Below, in pieces: positions 51,455 through 62,181 of a stretch of DNA of 64,000 nt. Numbering within the stretch: position 1 is the stretch's first letter; the number at the start of each line of letters is the position of its first letter. Location: the NCBI GenBank assembly GCA_965218055.1, contig CBDCKA010000002.1, positions 1,056,695 through 1,120,694 on the forward strand, written 5' to 3'. The notes under the pieces were generated by a model. It was given only the letters and a program-made list of their open reading frames with translations, was not told where the DNA came from and made no database searches. Both the position numbers and the translations under genes were made by a program. This DNA is from Terriglobia bacterium (lineage in GTDB: Bacteria > Acidobacteriota > Terriglobia > JAJPHL01 > JAPKYU01).

Positions 51455-52746
51455 CTAGTCCCCCAGGTCCAGAGCCACGATGCTCTTTCTGTCGCGGACG
51501 TAGAGGGTCCTGCCGGCCAGCGAGGGTGCTGTCCAGCAGTTTTTCTCCAGCAAATCCACTTTGGAGAGAACTTTGAGGCCCTCGGGGGAGAGTGTGGCAA
51601 GGGCGAGGCGGCCGTCCTCATCCAGAATGATGAGCTTTCCGTTGGCGTAAACCAAGTTGGCCTTGGCAAAACTGCGATCCCGCCAGGCGATTTTCCGGTG
51701 CGCACATTGAGGGCCGTGATGAAGGCCGGTCCAAAGTCGCCACTGGAGCCGTACACGTAGTCGCCGACCCGCACGATGCTCCCGATGTGCACCCGCATCT
51801 GGTTGGTGTGCCACACTTCCTTAGCCACGGTTCCACCGTCCGACTTGCTCAGCTTGATGAGGCGGCTCCCTCCGTCGTATGCCGAGGAGCAAAACAAGAG
51901 GTTGCCTTCCCCCCACACAGGCATGCTGATGTTCAGGCCATTATTGATCTGGTGGGGGATCGTCCAAATCAGGTCGCCGTTGCCGGGGTCCAGACCAGCG
52001 ACCTGCTTCGCCATGAACACCACCAGCTGATCCTGGCCTGCGAAGTGGATCAACACGGGAGAGGAAGGAGAATTCGAGAAACTCTGCTTTTTCCAGGCCA
52101 TGGCCCCGTCCGTCTGCCGGAAAGCCATGATGGCGTTGCCCCCGCCCCCGGTTTGCAGGATCACCGTGTCCTGGTAGGCGATGGGGCTACAGGAGAAACC
52201 GCGGTTCCTTCGGTCGATATTGAACTCCTGGTAGAGGTCGTGGAACCATTCCATCTTCCCGGTTTTTTTATCAAGCGCGAAGAACTTCCCGGTGACTCCC
52301 ACTGTGAACACACGCGCGCCTGCCACCAGCGGGGTGGAGTGAGGGCCGGGACCGAGCTTCATGTCCATCGAGCTGAGAAAGGGTGCTGCGTAGGGGTGCT
52401 CCCAGAGCGTCTTGCCGGTCGCGGCGTCCAAGGCGATGACGACCTCTTGCTCCCCCTTGCGATACATAGTGAAGAGGGTGCCGTCGTCCACAGCGATGCC
52501 GGAGTAACCCTCCCCCAACTGGCGGCTCCAGAGACGGCGCGGGCCGTCCGGCGGCCAGGAGGATGCCAAGCGCTCGGAATCGGTCCTGAAGTTGCGGTGG
52601 GGCCCGCCGAACTGCGGCCAGTCGGCAGCGGCGGCGCACAGGGTCAGGGCGGCCCAGCTCAGGGCGATTTCAACGCACAGACACAGAGCGCGCGGAGATA
52701 CACCGTAGACCCATGCAGCTCGTCTCATCAACCACCTCCTCTGCAA
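51455..52746 (-). CDS. PQQ-binding-like beta-propeller protein, frameshifted near 51692
   Basis: DWPQFGGP...; C-terminus WTAPSLAGRTLYVRD lies in another frame after an A4 run. Confidence 0.8.
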
Positions 52747-52954
52747 GCAAAATGTTCACTCTTGACTTGATGTTTGCGCGAGATCATACACCGGCAGCAA
52801 TCACGCTGCAAGCTTACTGGCCAGCCGATCCCCATCCACTGCTGCTTGCTAAGTCGCGTCGTATTCATCTGCTACAAGAACCACAGGTGTGTGAGATGAT
52901 GAACCGGCTCCGCGATGGGCCAGAAGCGTGGAGCGCCTGAGAGGAGAGGCCTCG

Positions 52955-54031
52955 ATGAAGTTGGGCGTCTTCATGATGCCATTGCATCCTCCGGAGAAGC
53001 AGCGCACGCTATGCTTCGAGGAAGATATCGAGCTGATTGTTCGGGCCGACGAGCTGGGATTCTCCGAGGCCTGGATCGGTCAGCACCATTCGCTGGCCTG
53101 GGAGCCGATCCCCTCCAACGACGTGTTCATTGCCAATGTGCTGCCCCGGACCAAGAACATTCGGCTTGGTCCCGGGGTGACCATCGCCCCCCAACATCAT
53201 CCCGCAAACGTAGCCGTCCGGCTCGCTTTGTTGGACCACTTGTCCCGGGGACGCCTGAATTGCGCTTTCGGACAGGGCGGCGTACCGACCGATCACGAGC
53301 TGTTCGACCTGCCGGACGCCAAGACGCAGGGGCTCATGACCCTAGAAGGCATTGATATGGTCCTGAAGTTGTGGCGGGCCGAAGCCCCGTTCGATTTCCG
53401 AGGCCAATTCTGGCGCATCCGGATTAAGAACCCCAACCGTGAACTGGCCACCGGCGCGCTGTTAAAACCCTATCAGAAGCCGCACCCGCCCATCGCCATG
53501 AGCGTGATCAAGGGTCAATCCATGGCGGCTCAGACGGCTGGGTGCCGGGGCTACATGATGCTGAGCACGAACCTGGTGCCCATCTCCACGCTGCCCGCTC
53601 ACTGGAGGACCTACTGCGCCGGAGCCGAGCAAGCGGGCCGTCCGGCGCCCAGCCGCTCCCTGTGGCGTGTGTCGCGGAGCATCTACGTCGCCGAGACGGA
53701 CCGGGAAGCCTGGGAGCATGCCCGGACCGGCACCTTTGCCCGCGCGTTCGCCTACCTAGTCGAGCTGCTGAAGTCTGCCAACATGCTGCAGGTCTTCAAG
53801 ACCGATCCTGACATGCCAGACTCCGAGGTCACCGTGGAGTATGTGCTGAAAAATCTGTGCGTTATCGGAAGTCCGGACAGTTGCATCCGCCAGCTCCGGC
53901 AGGTATGGAAGCAAACGGGCGGCTTCGACACCCTGCTGATGATTGCGCACGACTGGGACGACAAGGCGAAGTGGCTGCGCTCGATGGACCTGTTGGCCAA
54001 GGAGGTCGTGCCGGCGCTTCCCGCAATCTGA
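52955..54031 (+). CDS. LLM-class flavin-dependent monooxygenase
   Basis: MKLGVFMMPLHPP, AWIGQHH, LDHLSRGR, KPYQKPHPP. Confidence 0.9.
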   Translation: MKLGVFMMPLHPPEKQRTLCFEEDIELIVRADELGFSEAWIGQHHSLAWEPIPSNDVFIANVLPRTKNIRLGPGVTIAPQHHPANVAVRLALLDHLSRGRLNCAFGQGGVPTDHELFDLPDAKTQGLMTLEGIDMVLKLWRAEAPFDFRGQFWRIRIKNPNRELATGALLKPYQKPHPPIAMSVIKGQSMAAQTAGCRGYMMLSTNLVPISTLPAHWRTYCAGAEQAGRPAPSRSLWRVSRSIYVAETDREAWEHARTGTFARAFAYLVELLKSANMLQVFKTDPDMPDSEVTVEYVLKNLCVIGSPDSCIRQLRQVWKQTGGFDTLLMIAHDWDDKAKWLRSMDLLAKEVVPALPAI

Positions 54032-54077
54032 GGGCGGGCGCAGTCGTGGGTCGCAATCGTGACTCGCAGTCGTGACT

Positions 54078-54617
54078 ATGGATACGATGTCGCAGCGCCG
54101 GATCATGGGATGTTTTGCCACCGGCGTGACGCTGATCACCACCGGAGACGGCGACTCGATCTACGGCATGACGGCGAATGCCGTCCTGTCCCTTTCTCTG
54201 GACCCCCCGCTGGTGTTGTTGGCTGTAGGCCGGAGCAACCAGACCCGGGAGCGCCTGCTTGAGCACAAGTGCTTCGCCGTGAACGTGCTGGCAGCTGATC
54301 AGGAGGCGCTGGCGCGCCGGTTCGCGAAATCAGGACCAAAGGATTTCTCCGACGTCAACACGAAAGTCGTTGCCAGCGGCGCCCCTGTCCTCCGCGAAGC
54401 GCTCGCGTTTGTGGATTGCCGGGTCATCGAGATCCGGCCCGCCGGCGACCACGACATTTTTATCGGGGAAATTCTGGCCGGTGATTCGCGGGAGGGTGAC
54501 CCATTGCTGTTCTACCGGGGCAGCTATGCAGAGCTGCAGAACAACAGACCTGTGGAACCCCGCCAGCAAGGGGATATCGCAGACGCCGAATCCGCGGATT
54601 GGGACTTTTGTTTTTGA
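54078..54617 (+). CDS. flavin reductase
   Basis: FATGVT, SLSLDPPLV, AGDHDIFIG. Confidence 0.9.
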   Translation: MDTMSQRRIMGCFATGVTLITTGDGDSIYGMTANAVLSLSLDPPLVLLAVGRSNQTRERLLEHKCFAVNVLAADQEALARRFAKSGPKDFSDVNTKVVASGAPVLREALAFVDCRVIEIRPAGDHDIFIGEILAGDSREGDPLLFYRGSYAELQNNRPVEPRQQGDIADAESADWDFCF

Positions 54618-54643
54618 AGATGTTTTTGAAGGTGTTTTTGAAG
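54610..54643. repeat. 12-bp tandem repeat x3 at the stop codon
   Basis: tttttgaagatg tttttgaaggtg tttttgaagg. Confidence 0.75.
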
Positions 54644-54701
54644 GGTCGAAGGCTGGCCCTAAGCACCAGCGCGGCCAGCACAATCACCACGGCCAGCACG
54701 A

Positions 54702-56117
54702 TTACCCCTGGTGGATGCGAGACACCGTTTTCCGGCGGGGTCGGTTGCTGCGAGCAGCCGCACGTCGCTTTTTCCGCGCCCGGGTCCGGAGCAGGATGGG
54801 CGTTCCGGCAAAGCCAAACCGCCGCCGGATCTGGTTTTCCAGGAAGCGCTCAAAAGCAGGGTGCAGTTTGTTCGCGCGGTCGGTAAACAGCACGAAAGTC
54901 GGTGGGCGTATCCCCGGCTGGGTCAGGTAGAGGATTTTTACCTTCTTTGCCGCCGGGACTGGAGCTCGTTCCAGGTCCAGGCTCTGAAACAACCGGTTCA
55001 GCTCCCCAGTCGGCATGCGCTGCGACCGCGCCCGGTCCACCTCCCGGATGCGTTCCAGCAATTTCTCCAGGTTCCACCCGCTGGCGGCCGAGAGAAACTG
55101 CATCGGCGCGTAGTCCACGAACTTTATCGCGCGTCGCACGGTGCCGGCCAGCAGGCCGGCCTTGCGGAGCTTGTCTTCGACCAAGTCCCACTTGTTGAGC
55201 ACCACGATCAGCCCCTTGCCATGATCATGGGCGTAGCGGGCGATGGCCGCGTCCAGGGCGGTGGCTCCTTCGGTGGCGTCCACCAGCAGCAGGGCAATGT
55301 CGCAGAGGCGAATGTGGCGCTGGGCCATCATCACGCTCAGTTTTTCCGCCATCAGCTTGGTTTTGCTCTTGCGGCGGATGCCAGCCGTGTCCACCACCCG
55401 CAGCCGCCCGGCCAGCGGGGATTCCACCAGCAGATCCACCGCATCGCGTGTCGTTCCGGGCAGCGGGGTCACCATAGCGCGCTCCTGTCCGGCGATGAGG
55501 TTCAGCAGCGTGGACTTGCCCACGTTGGGCTTGCCAATAATCGCCACCCGAATTTCCCTGGCTTCCTCGGGCGCGGCCGTAGTCTCCGCGGGGCGGGGGG
55601 GCAAATCGCCCGCCACTTCGTCCAGCAGCTCCGCTACTCCGGTCCCGTGTTCGGCTGAAACGAAGAACAGCCGGCCGATGCCCAGGGCGTACCACTCCTG
55701 CATCTGCGCTTCCAGGTGCGGCGTGTCCACTTTGTTCACCGCCAGCGCCAGCGGCTTGCCGGTGCGCAGCAGCAGTCGGGCCAGTTCGCGGTCGCTGCCG
55801 GTAATTTCTGCCCGGCCGTCCACCACCAACACCACCTGAGCTGCCTCCCGGATGGCCAGCTCGGCGTGCTTGAGGATTTGGCGAGGTATCAGCTCGCGGT
55901 CCCCAGGCAGCATGCCGCCCGTGTCCACCACCTGGAACGCTGTGCGCCCCCACCGGGCCTCTGCGTAGATGCGATCGCGGGTGATGCCCGGTTCGTTGCC
56001 CACGATAACTCGCCGGGTCCCGGTGATGCGGTTGAACAGGGTGGACTTGCCGACGTTGGGCCGGCCGACAATGGCGATCAAAGGGGCATGCCTCGACCCC
56101 TCAGCGCCTGACGCCAT
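54702..56117 (-). CDS. der: ribosome biogenesis GTPase Der
   Basis: two GxPNVGKS G-domains, DTGG/DTAG, NKVD/NKWD. Confidence 0.95.
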   Translation of the reverse strand: MASGAEGSRHAPLIAIVGRPNVGKSTLFNRITGTRRVIVGNEPGITRDRIYAEARWGRTAFQVVDTGGMLPGDRELIPRQILKHAELAIREAAQVVLVVDGRAEITGSDRELARLLLRTGKPLALAVNKVDTPHLEAQMQEWYALGIGRLFFVSAEHGTGVAELLDEVAGDLPPRPAETTAAPEEAREIRVAIIGKPNVGKSTLLNLIAGQERAMVTPLPGTTRDAVDLLVESPLAGRLRVVDTAGIRRKSKTKLMAEKLSVMMAQRHIRLCDIALLLVDATEGATALDAAIARYAHDHGKGLIVVLNKWDLVEDKLRKAGLLAGTVRRAIKFVDYAPMQFLSAASGWNLEKLLERIREVDRARSQRMPTGELNRLFQSLDLERAPVPAAKKVKILYLTQPGIRPPTFVLFTDRANKLHPAFERFLENQIRRRFGFAGTPILLRTRARKKRRAAARSNRPRRKTVSRIHQG

Positions 56118-56302
56118 GTCGACTCCCACCTTGCCCGTGCTATTCTCCAAATCCGCCCGCATTGTTGGCCGTCCATTCATTATGCTTTAAGAGCGGCCCG
56201 GCGAGGATGCCCGAAGTTTGTTGCCCATGCTTTCTTGCTTATGCCCGAACTTTCTTGCTCATGAAAAACGCGCACAGCGGCAGCGTGTCTAAGGATTCCA
56301 GC

Positions 56303-58285
56303 ATGCGGGAGTTCTTCGCGCCGAACGGGTGGCTGGCCCGCGCCCACCCCCGCTACGAGTTCCGCCCCGGCCAACTGGAGATGGCGGAGCTGGTTGCCGC
56401 TGCCTTCCGCGAGAAGCGCCACCTGCTCGTAGAGGCGGGCACCGGCACCGGAAAGACTCTGGCCTACCTGGTTCCCGCCCTGCTCAGCGGCCGGCGGGTG
56501 GTGATTTCCACGGGCACCAAGAACCTTCAAGAGCAGCTCTACTACCAGGACATCCCGTTTCTGGAGCGGCATATGGGCAGGCGGCTGCGGGTCTGCTACA
56601 TGAAGGGCCGGAACAACTACCTGTGCCGGCAAAAGCTCTACGCGCTGAGCGCCCCGGCGACAGCCGGGCAGGTGGAGCAGCGGGAAGAACTGGCGCTGCT
56701 CGGCGAGTGGGAGCCGCGCACCGAAACCGGCGACCGCGCCGAACTGGCATCTCTGCCCGAGTCCAGCGCCTTGTGGCCCCATTTGAACGCGCGTCGCGAG
56801 ACCTGCACCGGCCAGAAGTGTCCTCAGTTCGAGCGCTGTTTCCTCACTCTAATGCACCAGCGCGCCCTGGAGTCGGACCTGCTGATCGTGAACCACCACC
56901 TGTTTTTCGCCGACCTGGCTTTGAAGGTCGCCGCGGCCAATCGGGTACCCGGCTTGGGCGTCCTGCCGGACTATCGCGCGGTGATTTTCGACGAGGCCCA
57001 CGAACTGGAGGAGGTGGCTTCACAATATTTCGGACTCATCGTCAGCAACTACCGCCTGGAGGAGCTGGTGCGCGACTGCGACCAGACGCTGCGGATGAAG
57101 GCAACGCAGGAAGGCGCTGCGTCAAAAAGCGACGGCGGAACGCCCGAGCTGTTCCGCGCTGCTCGCCGTGTAGGGGAGCGTGCCGCCGTTCTGTTTGGAC
57201 TGCTTGCGGGAGAAGATGGGCGCTTCGCTTTCGACGTGCACCAGGAGCTCGCGGACCCCGATGGGAACCTGCAAAGCGCCCATGCCGGACTGGCCAGAGC
57301 GCTGGAGGCACTGGAATCAGCGCTGGCGGCACTCCCCGACAAGCCGGAAGAGTTGCATGCGCTGATCCGCCGGGCCAGCGAGTTGCGCCGCGAGCTGAAG
57401 TTCCTGATGGAGGGGAACGATCCTGGCTACATCTATTGGATCGAGCGGCGCGGCCGCGGCATCTTCCTTCAGGCCACCCCCATTGACGTGGCTCCCATCC
57501 TTGCCGAGGCCCTGTTCGAGCGGGTGGAGACCTGCGCGCTGACCTCGGCCACTCTGGCCGTGGCCGGCAGCTTCGAGTTTGTTGAGCGGCGCCTGGGAAT
57601 CCGCTACGCGCGCCAGAGGGCGCTGGACTCGCACTTCGACTTCCGCAACCAAGCTCTGCTCTACATCCCGCCGAAACTCCCCGACCCGCGCCGGCCGGAA
57701 TTCCTGGAGCAGGCGACCCAGGAGGTCTGCCGCATCCTGCGGGCCACCCGCGGGCGGGCCTTCGTGCTGTTCACCAGCTACCAGCAGATGCAGCAAATCT
57801 ATCGGCGCGCCGCGTCCCGGCTGCAGGCGGCCGGGCTGAAGTATCCGTTGCTGGTTCAGGGCGAGGCGCCCCGCACCGCACTGCTGGAGCGCTTCCGCAG
57901 GGAATCGAACCCGGTGTTGTTCGCCACCGCCAGCTTCTGGCAGGGCGTGGACGTGCCTGGCCAGCAGCTTAGCTGCGTCGTCATTGACCGGCTGCCGTTT
58001 GCAGTGCCCACCGACCCGGTGGTGGCGGCGCGCCTGCGCCTGATTGGGGAGGAGGGCGGCAACCCCTTCCTGGAGTATCAGGTGCCTCAGGCGATCCTGG
58101 CGCTCAAGCAGGGCTTCGGCCGGTTGATCCGCAGCCGCGCCGACCGGGGCCTGCTGGCTATTCTGGATACGCGCATTCTGACCAAGAACTACGGTACAAT
58201 TTTCCTGGAGAGTCTTGCCGACTACCGTACGACTCGAGAATTTGCCGAAGTCGAGCGGTTTATGGAGCCTTTGCCCAATGTTTGA
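56303..58285 (+). CDS. DinG/YoaA ATP-dependent DNA helicase
   Basis: EAGTGTGKT, DEAH, TSATL, QGFGRLIR; Fe-S Cys residues. Confidence 0.92.
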   Translation: MREFFAPNGWLARAHPRYEFRPGQLEMAELVAAAFREKRHLLVEAGTGTGKTLAYLVPALLSGRRVVISTGTKNLQEQLYYQDIPFLERHMGRRLRVCYMKGRNNYLCRQKLYALSAPATAGQVEQREELALLGEWEPRTETGDRAELASLPESSALWPHLNARRETCTGQKCPQFERCFLTLMHQRALESDLLIVNHHLFFADLALKVAAANRVPGLGVLPDYRAVIFDEAHELEEVASQYFGLIVSNYRLEELVRDCDQTLRMKATQEGAASKSDGGTPELFRAARRVGERAAVLFGLLAGEDGRFAFDVHQELADPDGNLQSAHAGLARALEALESALAALPDKPEELHALIRRASELRRELKFLMEGNDPGYIYWIERRGRGIFLQATPIDVAPILAEALFERVETCALTSATLAVAGSFEFVERRLGIRYARQRALDSHFDFRNQALLYIPPKLPDPRRPEFLEQATQEVCRILRATRGRAFVLFTSYQQMQQIYRRAASRLQAAGLKYPLLVQGEAPRTALLERFRRESNPVLFATASFWQGVDVPGQQLSCVVIDRLPFAVPTDPVVAARLRLIGEEGGNPFLEYQVPQAILALKQGFGRLIRSRADRGLLAILDTRILTKNYGTIFLESLADYRTTREFAEVERFMEPLPNV

Positions 58286-58661
58286 AGTCACCGTGGAGCA
58301 TACCTTCGCCGCCGGCCACGCTTTGCGAGGCTACCGCGGCAAGTGCGAAAACACGCACGGCCACAACTACCGTGTCCGCCTCATCCTGCGCGGGCAGCGA
58401 CTGAATGCCACCGGCCTGCTATACGACTTTGTGGAGCTGAAAGGCGCTCTGCGCCAGGTCGCCGATCGGCTCGACCACCAGTTCCTCAACGACCTGGCGC
58501 CGTTCGACGCGCTGAACCCTTCGGCGGAGAATCTGGCGAAGTATTTTTACCAGGAGATTGATGGCCGGCTGGCCGAGCGGCGCCCCGAGAACGGAGTGAA
58601 GGTCGCAGCGGTCACCGTCTGGGAAACTGACACCACCACTGCCACCTACACACCGGAATAG
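58278..58661 (+). CDS. queD: 6-carboxytetrahydropterin synthase
   Basis: CENTHGHNY, LDH, PSAENLA, WET. Confidence 0.92.
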   Translation: MFEVTVEHTFAAGHALRGYRGKCENTHGHNYRVRLILRGQRLNATGLLYDFVELKGALRQVADRLDHQFLNDLAPFDALNPSAENLAKYFYQEIDGRLAERRPENGVKVAAVTVWETDTTTATYTPE

Positions 58662-58796
58662 CGCCGCCCGCCTTCCCCTGGCGGCTGTTGCCTGCTCGAA
58701 CAAAAAGGCAGGGACTACGGGTCGCGATAATTTCGCGGCCGCTCAAGCTTGGATCTGGGATTGCAGGGGCTGAGCTCAGGGCTTGGGACTCGGGGA

Positions 58797-60839
58797 TCAA
58801 TATCGTTCCGCCACCCGCTCGCGGCGGTAGCGTTCCTTCAGGTAGCGCTCGGCTTCCGCCTGCGCGCCCTGGGTATTGTCGCTGGTGCGCTGCGCCTGCT
58901 GATATTCGTTCACGGCTCGCTCGCGCTGCCCGGTGATGTCGAAGATCTTGCCCAAGTTGATGTGGCTCCAGACCTCGGTCCAGTTCGGTTCCAGGTCTCC
59001 GTTGAGCGCTTCGCGGAAGGCATTGGCCGCCGACTGGTAGTTGTTCTGGGCAAAGAACACCTCGGCGATGCGGAAGTGGGCCAGCGAGTTGTTCTTGTTG
59101 ATTTCCAGCGCCTTCTGATATTCCTTCAGCGCTTCCTCGTAGTAGCCCACGTCGGTCCACTGCTCTCCCTTACGGATCGCCACCTGGAGGCGAATCTGGT
59201 CGTTGTACCTCAGGACCCGGCTGTCTGGGTCCACCGTCACGGTGCGCGGGCGTCCGAAAGTTTCGACGATGAAGTCCGAGGATCTTCCGGCCACCTCGAT
59301 GCGCCGCATCACGGGGTCCCCGTCGGTTTCAATGCGCACTTCCACCGGCATGCGGAAGGTATCCATGTCTTGCTTGATCTGGCCTACGATTCTGAATCCC
59401 TTGCTGGTGCGGTAGACAGCATAGTCAGCCTTGAACTCCGGTGTTCCGGGGGCCTCCAGCCACTGGATGAAGAAGCCCGTCAAATCCGCTCCGCTGACCT
59501 GCTCAAAGATCTGCCGCAGGTCGTCCGTGCTGGCCTGCTTGTCCGCGTAGGTGGTGGCAAACTGGCGCAAACCCTGGAAAAAGGCAGCATCGCCAATGAC
59601 CCATCGCAGCATGTGCAGGACCATTGCGCCCTTTTTGGCTACTACGGCGTCATACTCCAGCGAGAACTCCTCCAGTCTGGACGCGCGGAAGACGGCGACG
59701 GTGTCATTGGTCAGTGCCGAAATCGAGACGTCTCTAACCGCTTCCTCCAGTGCTGCCTCTCCGGCGAATTCTTCCACGTAAAGCAACTCGCTGTAAGTGG
59801 CCAACCCTTCATCCAGCCAGAGGTGGGTGCGGGAAACGGGGCTGACAATGCCTCGCCACCACTGGTGCGCCAGCTCGTGCGCCAGCAGGCGGTAGTTGAG
59901 CTGGTCCCCGATGGCGCGTGGAGAGAGGAAAATAATTCCTGGCGCGCAGTAGCCGTTCACCGAGCCTTCATCAATTTCCACCAGCGACACCGTGGGGTCC
60001 GGCGTCGGCCCGAACTTACTGGAGAAAAAGGTGAGGATCCTGCCCGCGGCGTCGCCGTAGGTTTGTGCCTGGGCCAGCTCAGGCCCGCGAAAATAGACGT
60101 TCACCTGCGCGCCTCCGCCTGTCACTCGTTGTGGTTGGTCGCGCACCACCGCCAGGCTGCCAGGGAATGCCGGGCGATCGTAGACAAAGCGGAAGGTGTG
60201 CCTGCCCTCCGGGCCAATCTCGGCTGGCCCACTGCGGCCGGGCGCGACCACCCGCAGGCCTTGCGGCACGGTCACATTGATTTCCGCCGCAAATCGGTCC
60301 GCCTGGTAGTCAGAGACGGGGAACCAGCGGCCCGGATAGAGCAAATAGCTGACCTCCTCGCCGACATAGGCCAGCTTCAATCCTTCCACCGGCTGGTTGT
60401 CGGCGCCGACCAGCCTGCCGTCGTATTCAAACAGGATGCTGGCCGGTTCGTCCGCGCGCAGGGGCTCCTCGAAGTTGACCTGCAAGGTGCCCTGCCGGGG
60501 GAAGCGCTGTGAGGAGAGCAATTGGCCACCGGCGTCGGTGATTTTGGTGGGGGTCAGATTGTTGTTCAATTCAAAGGTGACCGACTGTGTGTCCACCACG
60601 GCCACGAACTCGACCAGCGCGCGGGCTCGCAACAGGTGCTCCTGCGGATCTAGCTCAGCATCAATCACGTACTTCTCGACGTCGATCCGCGCGCTCCTCT
60701 GCTGCCCCCATAAGGGGAGGTAGCCACATGCCAGCACCGCGGCCAGGAGCGCCGCCGTGAGGGAATGCGGCCGCTGATCTGCGGACTTGGAACTACCGCT
60801 TGCTGACATCCAACGGGCAACAGCGGAGAAAAACATCAA
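58797..60839 (-). CDS. M1 family aminopeptidase with C-terminal TPRs
   Basis: HELAHQWW...DEGLA, KGAMVLHMLR; start uncertain. Confidence 0.88.
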   Translation of the reverse strand: MMFFSAVARWMSASGSSKSADQRPHSLTAALLAAVLACGYLPLWGQQRSARIDVEKYVIDAELDPQEHLLRARALVEFVAVVDTQSVTFELNNNLTPTKITDAGGQLLSSQRFPRQGTLQVNFEEPLRADEPASILFEYDGRLVGADNQPVEGLKLAYVGEEVSYLLYPGRWFPVSDYQADRFAAEINVTVPQGLRVVAPGRSGPAEIGPEGRHTFRFVYDRPAFPGSLAVVRDQPQRVTGGGAQVNVYFRGPELAQAQTYGDAAGRILTFFSSKFGPTPDPTVSLVEIDEGSVNGYCAPGIIFLSPRAIGDQLNYRLLAHELAHQWWRGIVSPVSRTHLWLDEGLATYSELLYVEEFAGEAALEEAVRDVSISALTNDTVAVFRASRLEEFSLEYDAVVAKKGAMVLHMLRWVIGDAAFFQGLRQFATTYADKQASTDDLRQIFEQVSGADLTGFFIQWLEAPGTPEFKADYAVYRTSKGFRIVGQIKQDMDTFRMPVEVRIETDGDPVMRRIEVAGRSSDFIVETFGRPRTVTVDPDSRVLRYNDQIRLQVAIRKGEQWTDVGYYEEALKEYQKALEINKNNSLAHFRIAEVFFAQNNYQSAANAFREALNGDLEPNWTEVWSHINLGKIFDITGQRERAVNEYQQAQRTSDNTQGAQAEAERYLKERYRRERVAERY

Positions 60840-60876
60840 ACACTCCTTTGTGGTCCGGCCCACGACCATAGGATGA

Positions 60877-62061
60877 TCAGGACAGTACCTTGGGTGCACC
60901 TGGGGGTGCACCTGCAGCTGGGGGCGCAGCTGGGTGTGCAGCCGGAGAGCCGCTCTTCAGCATTTCCACCGCCCGCTCCGCAGCGCGTCCCAGAGGATCG
61001 GAGACCGGGATCAGCTTTCGCGCTACCTCAGCCAGCCTAACCCGCATGATGTCCCGTGCCTCACGGTTCCCAAGCAGGCGCTGCGCCTCGTCGGCCACCC
61101 GCGTCGGGGTAAACGCATCCTGGATCAACTCGGGAACCAGACGCCGCTCGGCCACTAAGTTCACCATACTGTAGAACGGCGTCTTTACTAGAAGACGGCC
61201 CAACCACCAAGTGGGTTCCGTCACCCGGTAGACCACCACCATAGGCGTGCCGAGCAGCGCGGCTTCGATGGTCGCCGTGCCGCTGGCAACCAGGGCCACG
61301 TCGGCGTGGGCCAACGCGTCGTAGGTGGCGCCGCGAACCACCGGAAGGGGCGCTTCGGGCAAAGGCAGCTCCGGCGGCGCGGCAATCAGGCTCTGCGCCT
61401 TACAGCGCGCGGCGGCCTCCACCAGGACTGGCAGGTTCAGCGATATTTCGCGGCGCCGGCTGCCGGGCAGGAGGACCAACAGTGGCTGTCGCAAATCGAG
61501 CCGCTGCCGGCTAAAAAATTCTTCCCGACTCCACCGCGGGCGAACGCGGCCGGCGAGTGGATGGCCGATGTATTCGGCGTTCACGCCGCGCTGGCGGAAC
61601 CAGGCTTCCTCGAAGGGAAAAATGCACAGCAGCCGGTCCACCAGCCGCCGCAACTGGCCCGTCCGCCAGGGCCGCCACGCCCAAGCCTGTGGCGCTACCA
61701 GATAGAGCACCGGAATGCCGTGGCGGCGAAGATGGCGGGCCAGGCGCAGGTTGAAATCCGGCGCATCCACCAACACGGCCAGTTCGGGGCGGCGCTCCAG
61801 AGCGTCCGTCACCAGGCGCCGGTACTGGCGCCAGACGCGTGGGATTTCCCCGGCCACCTCGGCCAGGCCCACCATGGCGATGCTTTCCGAGCGGAGCAAA
61901 GGCGCGCAGCCCGCGTCGCGCAGGCGTGGACCGGCGCAACCAAAGCATTCCGCTTCCGGAACACGCTCGCGCAGCGCTTCCACAAACCAGGCCGCATACA
62001 TGTCCCCAGAGGCTTCCCCTGCGGAAAGGAAGATTCTCGGACGTTCAAGCTGGTCCGCCAT
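60877..62061 (-). CDS. lpxB: lipid-A-disaccharide synthase
   Basis: AGEASGD, DAPDFN, PQAWAWR, LPGSR, SGTATIE. Confidence 0.95.
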   Translation of the reverse strand: MADQLERPRIFLSAGEASGDMYAAWFVEALRERVPEAECFGCAGPRLRDAGCAPLLRSESIAMVGLAEVAGEIPRVWRQYRRLVTDALERRPELAVLVDAPDFNLRLARHLRRHGIPVLYLVAPQAWAWRPWRTGQLRRLVDRLLCIFPFEEAWFRQRGVNAEYIGHPLAGRVRPRWSREEFFSRQRLDLRQPLLVLLPGSRRREISLNLPVLVEAAARCKAQSLIAAPPELPLPEAPLPVVRGATYDALAHADVALVASGTATIEAALLGTPMVVVYRVTEPTWWLGRLLVKTPFYSMVNLVAERRLVPELIQDAFTPTRVADEAQRLLGNREARDIMRVRLAEVARKLIPVSDPLGRAAERAVEMLKSGSPAAHPAAPPAAGAPPGAPKVLS

Positions 62062-62181
62062 CAGAAAGGCCGGCTCGTATTATACCGAAACAGGTGGACA
62101 GAATTTGGCCGCGCGCACTAGTTGTTCTCGCATAAAATCAGGGGAGAGAGGAGGAGCTCACGCGTTGAGCGCTGGCCTTTT

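Noticed and set aside
43269-58661. folE + queD as a 7-deazaguanine DNA-modification system
   Set aside because: The genes are ~14 kb apart among housekeeping genes with no dpdA/tgt-like gene; ordinary queuosine/folate metabolism
58749-60512. 587-aa + strand ORF
   Set aside because: Antisense shadow of the M1 aminopeptidase
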